From Carcharhinus longimanus (Eukaryota), in assembly GCA_030264375.1 (NCBI GenBank), contig JASCQW010000112.1:23854162-23918161 (forward strand): a stretch of 64,000 bases of DNA, written 5' to 3'. The notes below the pieces were generated by a model, which saw only the letters and a program-made list of their open reading frames with translations, had not been told where the DNA came from and searched no databases. Numbering within the stretch: the stretch's first letter is position 1; every line of letters starts with the position of its first letter. This document shows positions 25,421 to 39,252 of the stretch, one piece after another. The translations under genes and the position numbers were made by a program.

Positions 25421-25775
25421 GTGGTGCAGCACAGCGGCACAATGGTTAGCACTGCTGCCTCACAGCACCATGAACCCAGGTTCACTTCCAACCTTGGCTG
25501 ATTTTGTGTGAAGTTTGCATATTCTCCTTGTGTCTGTTTGGGTTTCCTCCAGGTGCTCCGGTTTCCTCCCACAGTCCAAAGATGTGTAAGTTAGATGGAT
25601 TGGCCATGCTAAATTGCCACTTAGTGTCCAGGGATGCGTGAGTTGGATGGATTAGCCATGGTAAATGTGTGGGGTTATGGGGATAGAGGGTGGATCTGGG
25701 TAAGATACTCTTTTGGAAAGTCAGTACAGACTTGATGGGCCGAATGGCCCCTTTCAGCACTGTAGGGATTCTATG
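25421..25775 (+). mobile_element. HE1-type V-SINE, tail type A
   Basis: Head, central domain, tail CACTGTAGGGATTCTATG. Confidence 0.92.
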
Positions 25776-26489
25776 AAAAGTTTTATATAATTTATCATTA
25801 CCTTCCTGCTATTATGTTCCATGCCTTGAGAATTGAACCTCATCTAAGGGTCAGGAACAAGAGGGGGCTGCTGAGAGGAGGAAGGGGGGTGGGGAGAGGA
25901 GGAAGTGGGGTGGGTAGCGGAGGCCTCATCCTGTCAATCTGCATGACAGGTTTGNNNNNNNNNNNNNNNNNNNNNNNNNNNNNNNNNNNNNNNNNNNNNN
26001 NNNNNNNNNNNNNNNNNNNNNNNNNNNNNNNNNNNNNNNNNNNNNNNNNNNNNNATTGAATGGCGGGGCAGGCTCGAAGGGCTAGATGGCCTACTCCTGC
26101 TCCTATTTCTTATGTTCTTATGTTCTAAAATATTGTTAAAGTTTTAAAATGTGCAAATAACTTATAACATTTTAGATAGCTGATATGTGTTAATCTCTGG
26201 AGCCATTTAGTCCTGTGATTTTTAAACCTGTTGAGAATGTGTTAAGTTTCAGCCAAGAATTTTTTTTAAGTTCTCTTATTCTTGGTTAACAATAAAAGTT
26301 GAATCAATGTTTCATTTCTATTGACCTACATCCTGATAAATAGGAGACCCTGACGTGAAACTAATTCTAATTTAAGGTTCAATTTAACAGTGTCACTTCT
26401 CTGAAGCCTGTCGCATTGTGTATATTTTAAATCTGGTGGGAATTAAATTGGATAACCTCCAAAAATGGGTTTGGGAATCCATCCATGTG

Positions 26490-29000
26490 GCTAAGGGGGA
26501 AAGTTAAGGATATTATTAGTTTAAATGAATAGTTTTGGAAAGAATAGTAATAAATCTGAGGATTGGGAGTGTTTTAGAAGCTAGCAAAAGGCCACAAAAA
26601 GTTGATTAAAAATGGAAACTAGCTAGACAGATTGTAAGCGTTTCACAAGCATGTAAAAAGGGGAGTAGCTAAAGGAAACTGTGGTAGAGATAGGATAAAT
26701 TATCATGGGAAATCAGGAAACAACAGAGACAGTGAATAAATATTTTGTATCTGTCTTCACAGTAGCAGATGCAAGTTACATACCAGAAATAGAGGGTAAC
26801 TAAGGAACTAATAACAACGAGGGACTTAAAGTAATTAATGTCAAGAGAAAAAAATATTGGAGAAATACGAGGGAAATCTCTGGGACTTGATGGCCTGCAT
26901 CCTTGGGTTCTAAAAGTTGGCTGCAGCGACAGTGGATGTATGAGCAATGATTTTCCAACATTCCCTCAATTCTAGAATGGATTGAGAGTTGACATGTAAG
27001 TCTGCTATTCGAGAAAGGGAGAGAGAGGAAAAACAGGAAATTACAAGTTGGTTAGCCTGTCATCAATTATCAAGAAAATGCTAGAAACTATTATTAAAGC
27101 AGCCTTAATGATGCATTTAGAAAATGATAGTATGATTAGACATGGCTTCATTAAAAGAGAAACCATGTTTGACACATTTATTAGCATTTTTGAGGATATA
27201 ACTAGGTTAGATAAAGGAAAATGAGTGGATGTGGTCTACTGGATTTCCAAAAGGCATTTAATAAGCTTCCGTACAAAGAGTTGCGGTCCTGCCACATCCA
27301 GTTGGGAATGCTGGTGGACAACTAAATAACTCACTGGAGGCAGAGATTTCATAAAAATCCACATCCTCAATGATGGGGGCGTCTAGCACATCAGCGCAAA
27401 ACACAAGGCTGAAGCATTCGCAATGATCTTCATCCAGAAGTGTCAAGTGAATGATCCATCTCTGCCCTGGTGGTTCCAGCATCATGGATGGCAGAGTTCA
27501 GCCAATTCAATTTTCACTCCATAGTTGAAGACATTGGATACTGCAAAAGCTATTGGCTCTGACAATATTCTGGCAATAGCACTGGAGAATTGTGCTGCAG
27601 AACTTGCCGTGCCCCTAGCCAAGCTATTCCTGTACAGCTACAACACTGGCATTTACACTAGTAATGTTCTGTACACAAAAAAGCAGGACAAATCCAACTC
27701 AGCCAATTACTGCCCCATCAGTCTACTCTTGATCATTAGCAAAGTGGTGGAAGAGGTCATCACTGGTACTATCAAGTCATACTCGCTTAGTAATCAACTT
27801 CTCACTTTAGTGAGCACAAAGAACTCAAGCAGTGACCTAACTAATGTTTCATATGGTCCCAGCATAACCTTCCTGTTCTTACAAGCTAAGCCTTGGTTAA
27901 TAAGCAAGATTCCATATGCCTTCTAAACACCTTATTAACTTGTCCTGCTACATTCATGGAGTTGTGGACATTCTCTTACTTCCTCCACTCCTCTCAGAAT
28001 CGTCTCATTTATTGTGTAACTCTTTGCCTTGTCTGACCTTCCAAATGCAACAGCTCACACTTTTCTGGGTTGAATTCCGTTTGCCATTTTATGCCCGCCT
28101 GACCAGTCCATTGATATATCCTGCAGTCTGCTGCTATCCTCCACACTATCTACTAAGTGGCCAATTTTTGCGTCATCTGAAAACTTCTTGATCATTCCCC
28201 CTACATTTACATCGAAATCATTTTTATTGAAGATATACACGTGTGTGTGTGTGTATACACCATACAAGGCAGGGGACCTATTGAACTCTATTGGAAACAG
28301 CCTTTCAGTCACAAAGCATCCATCAACAATTTGTTTCCTGCCTCCTGAGTTAATTTTATACCAAGTGTGCTACTTTCACCTAGGTCCCACAGGCTTTTAT
28401 TTTTTGAACTTGCTTGCCATGTGGGACATTCTCAAAAACACTGTTAACATCCACTTAGACCATATCAATTGTACTATCTTTATCAATCCACCTTGCTACT
28501 CCCTCAAAAAATTTAGTCAGATGCATCCTTCCCTTTATAAATTCCAGCTGATTGCATTTGATTAATTCCTGCATTACAAAGTGACAGTTTATCCTGTTCT
28601 TCAATTTCAGATTCCAAAAATGTTCCCACTACTGAGGTCAAATTGACTGGCCTGTTATTGCTCAGACTATTCCTCGCTCCCTTTTCAAACGAAGGTACAA
28701 AAGTTAGCAGACCTCCAATCCTCTGGCACCACACCTGTGTCCAGTGAGGATTGGCAAATTAACAGTCTGAGGTACATTTCATCCAGCCCTTTGATTTATC
28801 CACTTTCAAGGCTGCTAATCCCCTTATTACTTCCTCTCTCCCTATGTTTATCACATCCAACACTTGACAATCCTCCTCCTTAACTATAATGTCTGCATTG
28901 TCCCCTTCTTTTATGATGATAGATACAAAGTATTCATTAAGAACCATACCCACATTCTTTGCTTCCACAAATAGGTTACCTTGTTGGTCTTTTAATGGCC
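26490..29000. mobile_element. Cluster of decayed CR1-clade fragments (26490-27275 +, 27285-27805 + second family, 27810-29000 -)
   Basis: GLDGLHP, DFQKAF; LDTAKAIGSDNI, ANYCPISLL; reverse-strand FSDDAKIG and RPVNLTSVVG. Confidence 0.8.
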
Positions 29001-29189
29001 CTAATCTTTAAGACCTGTTGTTTTAAATTCATATATTGCATATATATGCCCATATATTGCAAGTAATTATTGTTATTTAAAAGCAGTCTAGGCCTCTTAA
29101 AGGAGAGGTTCAACAAGAAATGGTGGGAGTTTTTGACAAGTGAATCCATGCCGTAATACTGTGAAAAATGGGTGAAAATGTGAGAGAGC

Positions 29190-30260
29190 AAGCATCGAGC
29201 ATTTCTTATAGTGCACTAGAGGTGCAAGTCATGTTCAGAATTAAGTAGTGATATCCTATATCCTGCTGACACAGAAAACCCTCCAGATATAAGCTCAGGA
29301 AGGAGTGGGAAGAATAGCCATGATGTGGAGATGCTGGCGTTGGACTGGGCTAGGCACAATAAAAAATCTCACAACACCAGGTTAAATTCCAACAGGTTTA
29401 TTTAGTAGCACAAGCTTTCAGAGCACTGCTCCTTCATCTGACACTCCTCTGATGAAGAAGCAGTGCTCCGAAAGCTCGTGCTACCAAATAAACCTGTTGG
29501 AATTTAACCTGGTGTTGCGAGACTTCTTACTGGGAAGAATAGCAGCAGAGCTTAACGCCTGGAATGTAGCTCCAAGAACATGGATGCAGTGCAGGAGGAG
29601 ACTTAATAATCCCATTTGTGTTGTCAAGGTGAGTGAGCTCGATCTTCAAATGGCGCATCTATAAGCTGAACCCTGAGCCTCATCCACTGTTAAATTGACT
29701 ACATCCCCATTACCTAACTATCAATCAATACACAAGCCTGCAATTCATATGCTAGACGTCACCTTCACAAACTTAGCATGATTACATACCCTGCACCCAC
29801 AGCTGCTGCACACACTGGCACCTATTTAAATATGACAGCCAAATCACCCAGACATATTTTTGGCCTCTCACTGACACTCTCTTTCTTGCTGGAGAAGATG
29901 GCACGTAGGAGGAGACAGCAGGAAAGATACGAAACACCAGCATGCCTCGGCATGCTCTAATCCCCATGGAGGAGACAGTGCTGGCCATCATGGGAAGGGG
30001 CATCATTCAGACTGTAATCACTGATAGTGGTAGGAAATCTCTGTACCTATTCCACCTTCAGTTTCCCCGTCTCCCCCTCGTCCCACAATTTCTTCTGGCT
30101 CACAAATTGCGCCCCTTGCTTTCTTCACTCCCCGTACCACATCCTGACCCTTGCCCCTTCTTCATTTCAGATACACAAGAACTTTGAACCTTTTCAGTCA
30201 GAGGAGGAAGGAGCAGAAGATAGTGAAAATGAAGCAATACTTATATTCTTACACTGACAT
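29190..30260 (+). pseudogene. Decayed Myb/SANT-like DNA-binding gene of a PIF/Harbinger transposon
   Basis: GRIAAELNAWNVAPRTWMQCRRRLNN followed by donor AAG|GTGAGT (~29628); downstream EKMARRRRQQER and LIPMEETVLAIMG segments typical of Harbinger Myb proteins. Confidence 0.65.
29319..29530. mobile_element. Palindromic Penelope-like terminal-repeat insertion with hammerhead cores and a 13-bp TSD
   Basis: ~75-80-bp inverted arms; CTGATGA at 29449, GAAA at 29470; direct repeat TGGGAAGAATAGC at 29306-29318 and 29531-29543. Confidence 0.8.
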
Positions 30261-32915
30261 TTGCATTGCATCCCGTATTTTAGAAGCTAGAATATAGGAA
30301 GGACTGTCATGTGGTGAGACACTGGACACAGTGGCACAGAAGCCAGACTTGGGAAAAGATAGTGCAGATTGCCAGAGGGTGAAGCTGCACAGTAATTGTT
30401 TTGACTAGAAGTCACATGTGGACTTTTACTGAGCCAGACTGCAGAAGAAAGCTACTGGGTGTATATAATAAAATGCCTGATTGACTGGAAAGTCAGCCAG
30501 AAAACCTACACTCAATTCCAAGCAGCATGGAGGGGGTCCAGTACCAAGTTGGCACAAGGATTTGTGCAGAGCTTATAGCTCAACCCCATTCCAACATAGA
30601 ACAGATGGTCACCTTCATCAGCACAGGTATGGAACCCACCATGCTGTAGCATCTGATCTTATTACAACTCAAACGGCTTTCATTGCAGCGTAAACGGCTT
30701 CTGTCAAAGCTCTGAGTGCTGCAGAGGGAGATACGACTTCAGTCTTTCAAGTTCAGAATTATACTATCATGGCTGTGTTTAAAGGAGCTGCCAGGACATC
30801 ACAGCAATATATTAATCCGTCCTCCAACAGGTCAACATAATTGGTGAGTTGCAGCCCTGGAGAGTGATAGTGACTCCCCAGAACACATACTAGCTCTCCT
30901 CTTTCAGAATGACAGCAGCCCTGCTCCCAGCCCTGCCACTCTACAAATGGATCCTAGATGACTGAAGTCATGGGGTTTAATATGCAGCAATGTGGTTTGA
31001 AGTTCAAACATGACTTCCAGCTGCACAAACAATATTCCATAATCTATCGATTCTTATGCCTACTTAAAATGGCATTCTGGGTTTGGTTCAGTGCTTCAGT
31101 TAAAGGACAATATAATGCAGCACCCCCTCAGTCCTGCAGTAAAGAGTCACCCCAAGAAAGGTGTTTGTTCTGGAGCTGCACCTTGAACCCAGAGCCTTTG
31201 CTCGTATGGTGAGAAAGTGACCAAAATGAGCAAGCTGTTGCAGGTAAATGATTAAATCTCACTGAATGTGTAATGCAGCACTGTATTTTTCCTGTGTAAT
31301 GTATCTCTAGTTAATTAATCCTGGCAACTTCTGGAGCACTGACTGCTGCACCAGTTTTTCTACCATCCCTTTGACATTTTCCACATGATAAATTCTTCCA
31401 GCAAAATGTTTCTGTGGTGTTTCTAAAACCTGGTGGGTTATATTAATATATGTTGTACAAAAGAGAATCAGTGAAGTCCCATTGTTTAAAACTTTTGTGT
31501 CTAAAGGGTTAACAGATAGAGCTTAATGTTGGTTAGATCCTTTCTTAAAATAGCTCTCTCCAGCATGAGAGAACACTTCCATTATGATGCAGCAGAATGT
31601 TTCTTTTGTGTGGCATAGTCGAATGAAATAACGAGTTGAAGATTGAAATAAAGAGTGTAAATCACGTTCGTTGTCAAGTGTAGATGTGTTTCCCTCTGTA
31701 AATGGACTGGGCTTTTAGATAGTTTTTATAGATTAAAAAAATGGATACACAAATCAAATTCTATTGCAACAGTTTTATAGCTTTTATACTCCAGCAGCAT
31801 GAGATCTATGTACAAAATAGAAACCAGCTTGTCTTAGGTGATGTTCTGTAATTAAACATGAGGTTTGGAAACAACAGAAGGAAAATCTGTTTGGTGTTCT
31901 AAAGGTACCAGCCATATTACATCAGCAATTAAATATAATAGCGCCTTGTCTGCAAGAATGTTTTTAAGAATCTGGAGACCATCAGTTGGAATACAGTTGA
32001 TTAGTTTTAGTTTTTCACAAACCTTTGCTTTTCTGAGTACCATAACTGTACATATTATTGGGATAATTAGTATAGAGTAGAATTAGCTATCTATTCAGCT
32101 TCTGTCTTGGTCTTGGAGTGAGGAAACTAATAGGATTCCGAACAGTTTGGGCTTCCAGCATTTGTTTCAAGAATATTTGAATTTTAGAAGTGAAAATTTT
32201 GTGCTTGTAAATGCTAGAACCTTGCCAGCACCATCTCCAACCTGCAAATGAAAAATACAATAGTTTAGACGATAGAAGTAGATAATTGAAAAGGTAAAAC
32301 CAACGTCAGACAGTGACTATCAGTCATTTGCAAATTTGCATTATCTTTAGTTGCGGCTTTACTGTAAGATTAAGACAGTTCTACTCTGAAATATGTATCA
32401 AGTTTGCTTTTCAAATTAGTAACTTATGAGAAGTCATATCTTGCAATTTGTGAAGGTAATTTTTCAGCTGAGATTGATATTCCTCAGTACAAAGTAGCAT
32501 AATGAGGCACAGGCCGAGATCTTCCAGCCGTGCTCACTCCAAAATCAGAAAATCTCACCTGAAGTCCAAGGACCTTTGCATGATCCACGCTCCCCCCCAT
32601 CCCCAACTTGCTACGATTCCTGTGGCAGGTGGGACAGAAAAATTCCCTTCATAATCTTTAAATTAGCACTTACCCCTTTAGGAATGAAATAAGGAAGCAC
32701 TTTTTCACACACAATAATGGAAATTCTCTCTCCCCAGAAGTTATATATTCTGGAGCAATTGAAATTTCCTAAACTGGGATTGATAGGTTTTTTTATCAGC
32801 TAAGGGTATTGATGGACATGGATCAAAGGCAGGTCAGTGGAGGTGAGGTACAGGTCAGATGTCATCTAATTGAAAGATGGAACAAGCTTAGGGCTCTATT
32901 GTTTGGCTTTCCTGT

Positions 32916-33768
32916 GGGCAGAATTCTCCCATTTTGAGACAAAATGCCATGGAGTGGACGAGAATGTGGAATGTTTCTAACTGCAGAGGCTGGCGGGGAA
33001 AAAGGCCAAACCTTCTGGGCCCAACCTCATTCATTATTCACATGGGTGTTTCACACCATATTCTGTGGTGGGGGCAGGCCTATATAGTCACCATTNNNNN
33101 NNNNNNNNNNNNNNNNNNNNNNNNNNNNNNNNNNNNNNNNNNNNNNNNNNNNNNNNNNNNNNNNNNNNNNNNNNNNNNNNNNNNNNNNNNNNNNNGGGCA
33201 GGCCTATATAGTCACCATTATCTCTGGCTACCATATTGAAAAGGTATCAACAATACTGACCTACAACTGAAGAAAGAAGGTGGACCACACCTGCAAATGA
33301 AGATAAATCTCCGGGAGCACACGGAAACAGGAAGATGGACCTCCTGAAAGAAGGTGGATCTCCTGGAACATTCTGAGGCTGGAACATGGACCCTCTCCAC
33401 AACACCTAAACTAGAAAGTCCACCTGCAGATGCACCCCTGACCTACTGCTGTGGTGTCCTGGGGTTCAGGGTTGCAGACAACCTCCATCCCAAACTCCAC
33501 AGGAAGCTCCAGGCATTGTGCTGAGATCTGCACACTGCATTGTTCCAAACGTGTTTCACAGCAGCGTGTTTTCCCACCAACATTGTGGTGATGTGTCCCA
33601 TTAACAGGATGCAAACCCAGTTTTTGGCAGGTTTTCCAACTAGACTTGGTGGGCATCAGCAGAAGATCCTGTTGTAAACTCACGGTAGTCTGAATCTGAT
33701 TTCTAGGCCTCCCATCTTAGTTATTCTTCCCCCATTGCCTGTCGTGGGCGTCAGGAAGAATTCTGCCC
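32916..33768. mobile_element. Non-autonomous DNA transposon with perfect 12-bp TIRs (Harbinger-like)
   Basis: GGGCAGAATTCT (32916-32927) ... AGAATTCTGCCC (33757-33768); no clear TSD. Confidence 0.7.
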
Positions 33769-36700
33769 AATCTTTCTAAGTTAGTTCAGTACTTAGAATT
33801 CAATGCATTGCTTTCCTAATCTTAAAGCCAGAAAGTATTATTGTAAGGTTGATGTTGCTATTCATAAATGCAAGGATGTAAGAAATATCATTCTTGAATT
33901 AAGATCTTTTGAATAAAATGCATGATGTGGCCCAGGCAGCAAGTCTTTGAGGTCTCCAACATGAGAAATAAAGTTTGGATCTTAACTTGTGACCTGAATC
34001 ACGAGATGGAACATTTTATCCACTGTGGCACTTCATTTGTGAGGAACAAAAAAAGCCAATGGGACCATTACAACTTGGTTAAAGCCAAGGCAAATCTCCT
34101 GTGAGCGGATTGAGTCATTGAAATCTGTGGAAGCACGTGATGTTTAGGATATTATGTTGAAACTGAACATTCAAATAGAGCATTGGCATCTTCCAGTCCT
34201 GTGGGGTGAGCAGCCTGAAAATAATTTTCATAGTTGAATGCTTTGCAGATTATCTGCCTGTTTTTATCCTTATTCTTTGCAAATCCTACTCTTAAAAAAA
34301 ATCCTTTCAAAACAAAAATGCGACGAGCATAATAAACAGAACATGCACTTCACGCCCACAAATTAAGATTTTTATTTTCACCCACTAGGTTAACTGACCA
34401 ACTTGTGACTTCACCACTTGTAAATTGTTCATTCAGCATTATTTGTGAGGAACTTGGCTCAGATTTTTGTCAACTGGAGAAATGCCTATTTTCTGTTGCA
34501 CAAGCTAACATTGTTGTTTCTCGAGATGTTTGACTCCTGAGAATATAATTTTATTAGCAGACATGTTTTCTTCAGAAAAAAATCTCAACCGCCATTTAGA
34601 AAATGCCTGCAGCAACACTTCTTAAAAGCTAACAAGTGATTTAAGTAGCATAAATGGTCTAGTTTACTCGTATGGTTACAGAATATGCACATTTATTGAG
34701 AGATATATTAATGTTAAAAGCACAACGCCTATTTTTATAGGTATAAGCTTTTCATACGCTGAGGTAAGAAGATTTTTAGTGGGAAGTGGATTGCACTCAG
34801 TAATGCAAAAGAAGCAATTGACATGTTAGAAAGTGTTAAACAAGGCAACATCATCTAGACTCAGAGAATTACAACAAATCCATTAAAAGTTGCACAAAAG
34901 GAGTACATAGGTAAGACATGAATACTACTTTTAAAAGGGAAAGACACATGATGTGTAGAATATATTGAAAATAGTTGTTGGCATATTATGCAATTCATTC
35001 TGAACTATTTTGGTATGGATGGAATAATCAAGATTTTACAAGGAGCAAATTCCGTTCTTTGAAATATTCTTCTGAACCACAAATGAAGCTTTGATTGAAG
35101 TATTCCAGCAGTGCCTACCTGCCAAGGAGGCAGGGCCTGAGGGGGCAGGGCATGAGGGGGGTCCCATTGGAAAGGTTCCAGTGCCGGTGATCTATGTTCA
35201 AGGCAGGAGGAGAGATCAGGCTGATGAACTATGTTGGGGAGGGAGGGGGGACCATTNNNNNNNNNNNNNNNNNNNNNNNNNNNNNNNNNNNNNNNNNNNN
35301 NNNNNNNNNNNNNNNNNNNNNNNNNNNNNNNNNNNNNNNNNNNNNNNNNNNNNNNNGGGGGGGAGTCCTGGTGTCTGTGGGGAGGATGGAGGAAGTTTTC
35401 AGTTTGTCTTTGAGATCAGAGTGCCCATTAAAAATGGCACCTGATCTCTTTGAAGTTGGGCTTGTTGACATGTTTAGGCCCCACCCCTTTCCAAACTGGG
35501 GCAAAAAATTACCCAAAAATTAGCAAGTGCAGGAAGATCACAATCCTTGTCCTGTACAAATCCGACGTGTTTCTTGTCCAAAATTTAGTCATTTTTTGAG
35601 AAATTCTGCTCCAAGTCTTTTCCCTATAGGTGGCCCCTAGTTGCTAAGTAACAGATCATTCTTTCTGCAAGCTCTTGTTTGCCTTTCACACTGTAAACTC
35701 TCAAATGCAATAGAGAGACATTTTAAAATGAAACCACAAGCCCCCATAAATGCAAATACCTTTGTTTAACATGAATTTAACTAGAGTTTTTCTTTTTCTT
35801 ATACAGAAGCACTGAATTAAATTCACTTAAATCTATACAATATTTCTAACATCCAACAATACAAACATAGATCACTTAAAACTACTTCTGCTTCCTGATT
35901 CAATGGATGCAGAGAAAAACATTTATTTGGAAAGGCTCCTCCAAATGTATTAAATTTATGTAACTGACTATAGAATAGGATGAGTATGGGTACACTTTTT
36001 TAAGAAGTGCTGCAGAAGTAAGATGTTTCATGCTTTCTATGAAATTATGAATTGATTATTTTCGAGTACGCTTCTAAGATTGGGTTGGAGATGCCATTTT
36101 CTTCTTCTTGTTAAAGCTATCAAGATAGCAGCTGAGTGTACTTAGTAGAAACATGACTCGTACATTTTCTCATTTATATTTCAGGAGTTCAGTAGATTAA
36201 CATAATTTATTCAAGAGCCTAGGAGTCTATACTGTTACTATGGTGATATAATGGCATTTAAGGCTGTAGGGTACTGCCATTTCCAGGTCAATTTTGGGTG
36301 TGCATCAAGAAGAATGTTACAATCTAACTTGAGAGAGAGATTCTGATGTAATATCCAATACAAGATTCCTTGATCATGAGTGTTTGTGTTGACATCAATT
36401 TGTGTTCATGCCAGCTGCAATATAACTTCAATCCTGTGCAAACCATGTTTTAAGATTCACTCAGCAATTGCTTTGAAGGTTTTTCCCTTAGAAAATTAAC
36501 TTCCATTTGTGATTTATCCCTCTGATATTAAAAGTTAACACTTAAATGAAATTTACTGATATCTACATATTCTAACTAAAGGAGTGGTTGAAAAAGTAAA
36601 CAAGAATCATTTTTGGTTGCAGTGGTGTTCTCCGATTGGCATCTATGTGGTGTAGTCCATTGGGCCATTCGGAATTTAACACTAAAAGTATTACATTTTT

Positions 36701-38224
36701 TATGAGAAAACATGATACACCGGAATACAAATTTATATTTTTCAACCCTGGCCAATGGCATGCCACAAATGATTACATGGTCTTTACAGCGCTATAACCA
36801 TTCTATATTTTACACCCCCTTCAAGATGGGTTTTGAGGTGGTGGGCATAAAATTGAATGGATGGGATTCCTCCCATAAGCCCACCGGCCCAAACACTGAT
36901 GCCATTTCACCATTGGGCGAGCAGGGCTTTCGCTGGGAAAATTGCCTTTTCACCTGTTAAGGCCCTTGCGAGACCATTTAGTGGCCATTTCCTGCCCAAC
37001 CTCAATTCTTTTGGCTGTTGGAAGTGGGTGCAAGTAGGATGGGAAACTGAGGGAAAAAAATCTTTTCTCCAACTCAGGTAATGGGGTGGGAGGGCGCCTC
37101 AAACTTAAACCTCCTTCAAATTTGCGGTGCCCTCCCCTCTGGGCCCTTGGAGCTCAAGGTCAGTCTTCTCCCATTGGCCAACCCAACATTGAAATCAACC
37201 TCCTCCCAATGCTCTAGAGCATCCCTTGTTCTCCCATTCCAGGGAGTTACTTCTTGGCAACGCACTGCAGTACCACTTCTGGCCACTGCAGTGGTGTGCC
37301 TGGCCAGATTAGACAGCTGTCGGCCAATCTGATTAGCCGACAGCTCTTACAGATGAGATTTCCTTCCAAGGGTAAACACACATCCTGCCCGCTGTCAATC
37401 AAAGCTTAAATGAGCATCAGATGGCAATGGGCTCCCGAGAGCTGTCTTCTTAAAATCCTACCCATAGAGTAGAGGTAGGAATATGCTATTCAGCACCTTG
37501 AGCTCATTACAAGTATTGTCCATGTCTACAAAGAATTCTTATGGTCTGCAAGTTTTCCCCTAATATTAGCTCCAGTGATTTTTATGCTGGAATAAAAGAC
37601 TGCATAATAAATTTCATGGAGAACCCTGTGCCTCATTTTTTTCAAATTACCATATATATGCCTATAAAAGTCTGATTTTTGAGACTAATTTTTTTTCAGA
37701 CAAAAGTCAGCAGAGGGACTGTTAAACAGTCATGCTTGACTAGGGCCCAAAAGAGACTGTCACAATGGAATAAAGTAAAAACTAATAACACCAAAGAATT
37801 CATATTAATTTTCTAATATTTATTTATTATCTAACAGTACAAACCGTATGCATTTCATCAACACAATATAAATCTGTACCATAAAGAATTAACTACAACA
37901 CTTCACATTGAATTCCTTTCACATCACTCTGAACGCCATTTGATTCAACAAATTGTCCTAATTAGCCTGCTTGTATTACATCATTTTATGGATCTTCTCC
38001 ATCATCATCATTCCAACCAATAATTTTCTCCAGCACTATCCTGTGCATTTGATATTCCATGTTGTAGAAATTACTTTTTGACAATATTGGGAAAGTGTTC
38101 CCTGTCACTGGGCTCACTAGCAACACAACGTTGCTAGTGAGAGTTACCGAATGTTCCTTTGCCTTCCAAAATCCAATTGTTTCTCATATTTTGGATAACG
38201 TCCATGAGACGTTTATTTATATTT

Positions 38225-38540
38225 TGCTCCTTAGGCAGTCCCTCAAAGATGACGAGCATCCACTCTGTGCGATGGGGGCTGAGATGGCGAGAAGTTCGGT
38301 GCACGATCTGCAGACTCTACCGCGTGCAGGGCAGGTGGTGCATGAAGGGTCAGGCTGATGAGGTGTTTGGAGATTAGTGTACTCACTCGGAGTTTGCTTC
38401 TGCCAGCCCCCCAGTGTATTTGGTGTCATCCCAAGTAAACCCTCTCTATTTTGGTCAGTCGGAAGCCAGGGATTTCAGAGTCAGCATGAATGTTTAAACT
38501 CTTCAGGGATCCTTTGAGGACATCCCTGAAGTATTTCATG
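38225..38540 (-). mobile_element. Possible RTE-clade LINE 3' end
   Basis: Reverse strand ends GAGTGGATGCTCGTCATCTTTGAGGGACTGCCTAAG, resembling recalled RTE termini. Confidence 0.4.
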
Positions 38541-39084
38541 TAATAACATGATTGTTTTGCCAATGCCTGTTAACTCATAGTGCACATTTTTCTCCAGGTG
38601 AAGGGTCTTGCTAGGCCTTACTGCATTGGCACATTTATTCTTTTCTCATTTATTGACTACCTCTCTTCAATCTATAATTATTTTCTCAGAAGCTTTACGT
38701 CCCTTGGTGCTGCACAGTTATTACTCAGCTTGGCAAATTGTAAATTGAATCAAGCACTTGTTCTTGTTTCTTGAATGCATCATGATAAATCATGAGTTAC
38801 ACATTAATTTTGTTGATTGGCCAGGAGGTTGTCACTAGGATTGGCGGAGGGTAAATCTAAAGATGCCTACAAGTATCTTCAAATTAACAAACCATAGTAA
38901 TGAACTGGTAGGTAATTAATATTCACAGCAAGTTTTGATCCCAGAAAACATTTGGGTCAACTTCTACACGAGGTAGTGAAAAACCCTGTTTTTCCACAAC
39001 CAAAAGTCACGGGATCAACTTTTAAACGAGATTGACTCTCACATGGGTATATACACTCATCTTAAACTGCCTTACAATGTGCAA

Positions 39085-39252
39085 AGAACAAAAGAAAATT
39101 ACAGCTCAGGAACAGGTCCTACAGCCGCCTAAGCTTGCACCAATTATGCTGTCTGACTGAACTAAAGCGCCCCACCCTTCCGGGGACCATATCCTTCCAT
39201 TCCCATCCTATTCATGTATTTGTGAAGCGCCCCTTAAAAGTCACTACCGTTT
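39085..39252 (-). mobile_element. CR1 3' tail
   Basis: AAAGAACAAAAGAAAATTACAGC..GGAACAGG tail type, as at ~3930. Confidence 0.7.

Noticed and set aside
34056-34139. CCAAT, AP-1 (TGAGTCA) and E-box (CACGTG) cluster
   Set aside because: Short motifs expected by chance in 64 kb; no CpG island or other support.
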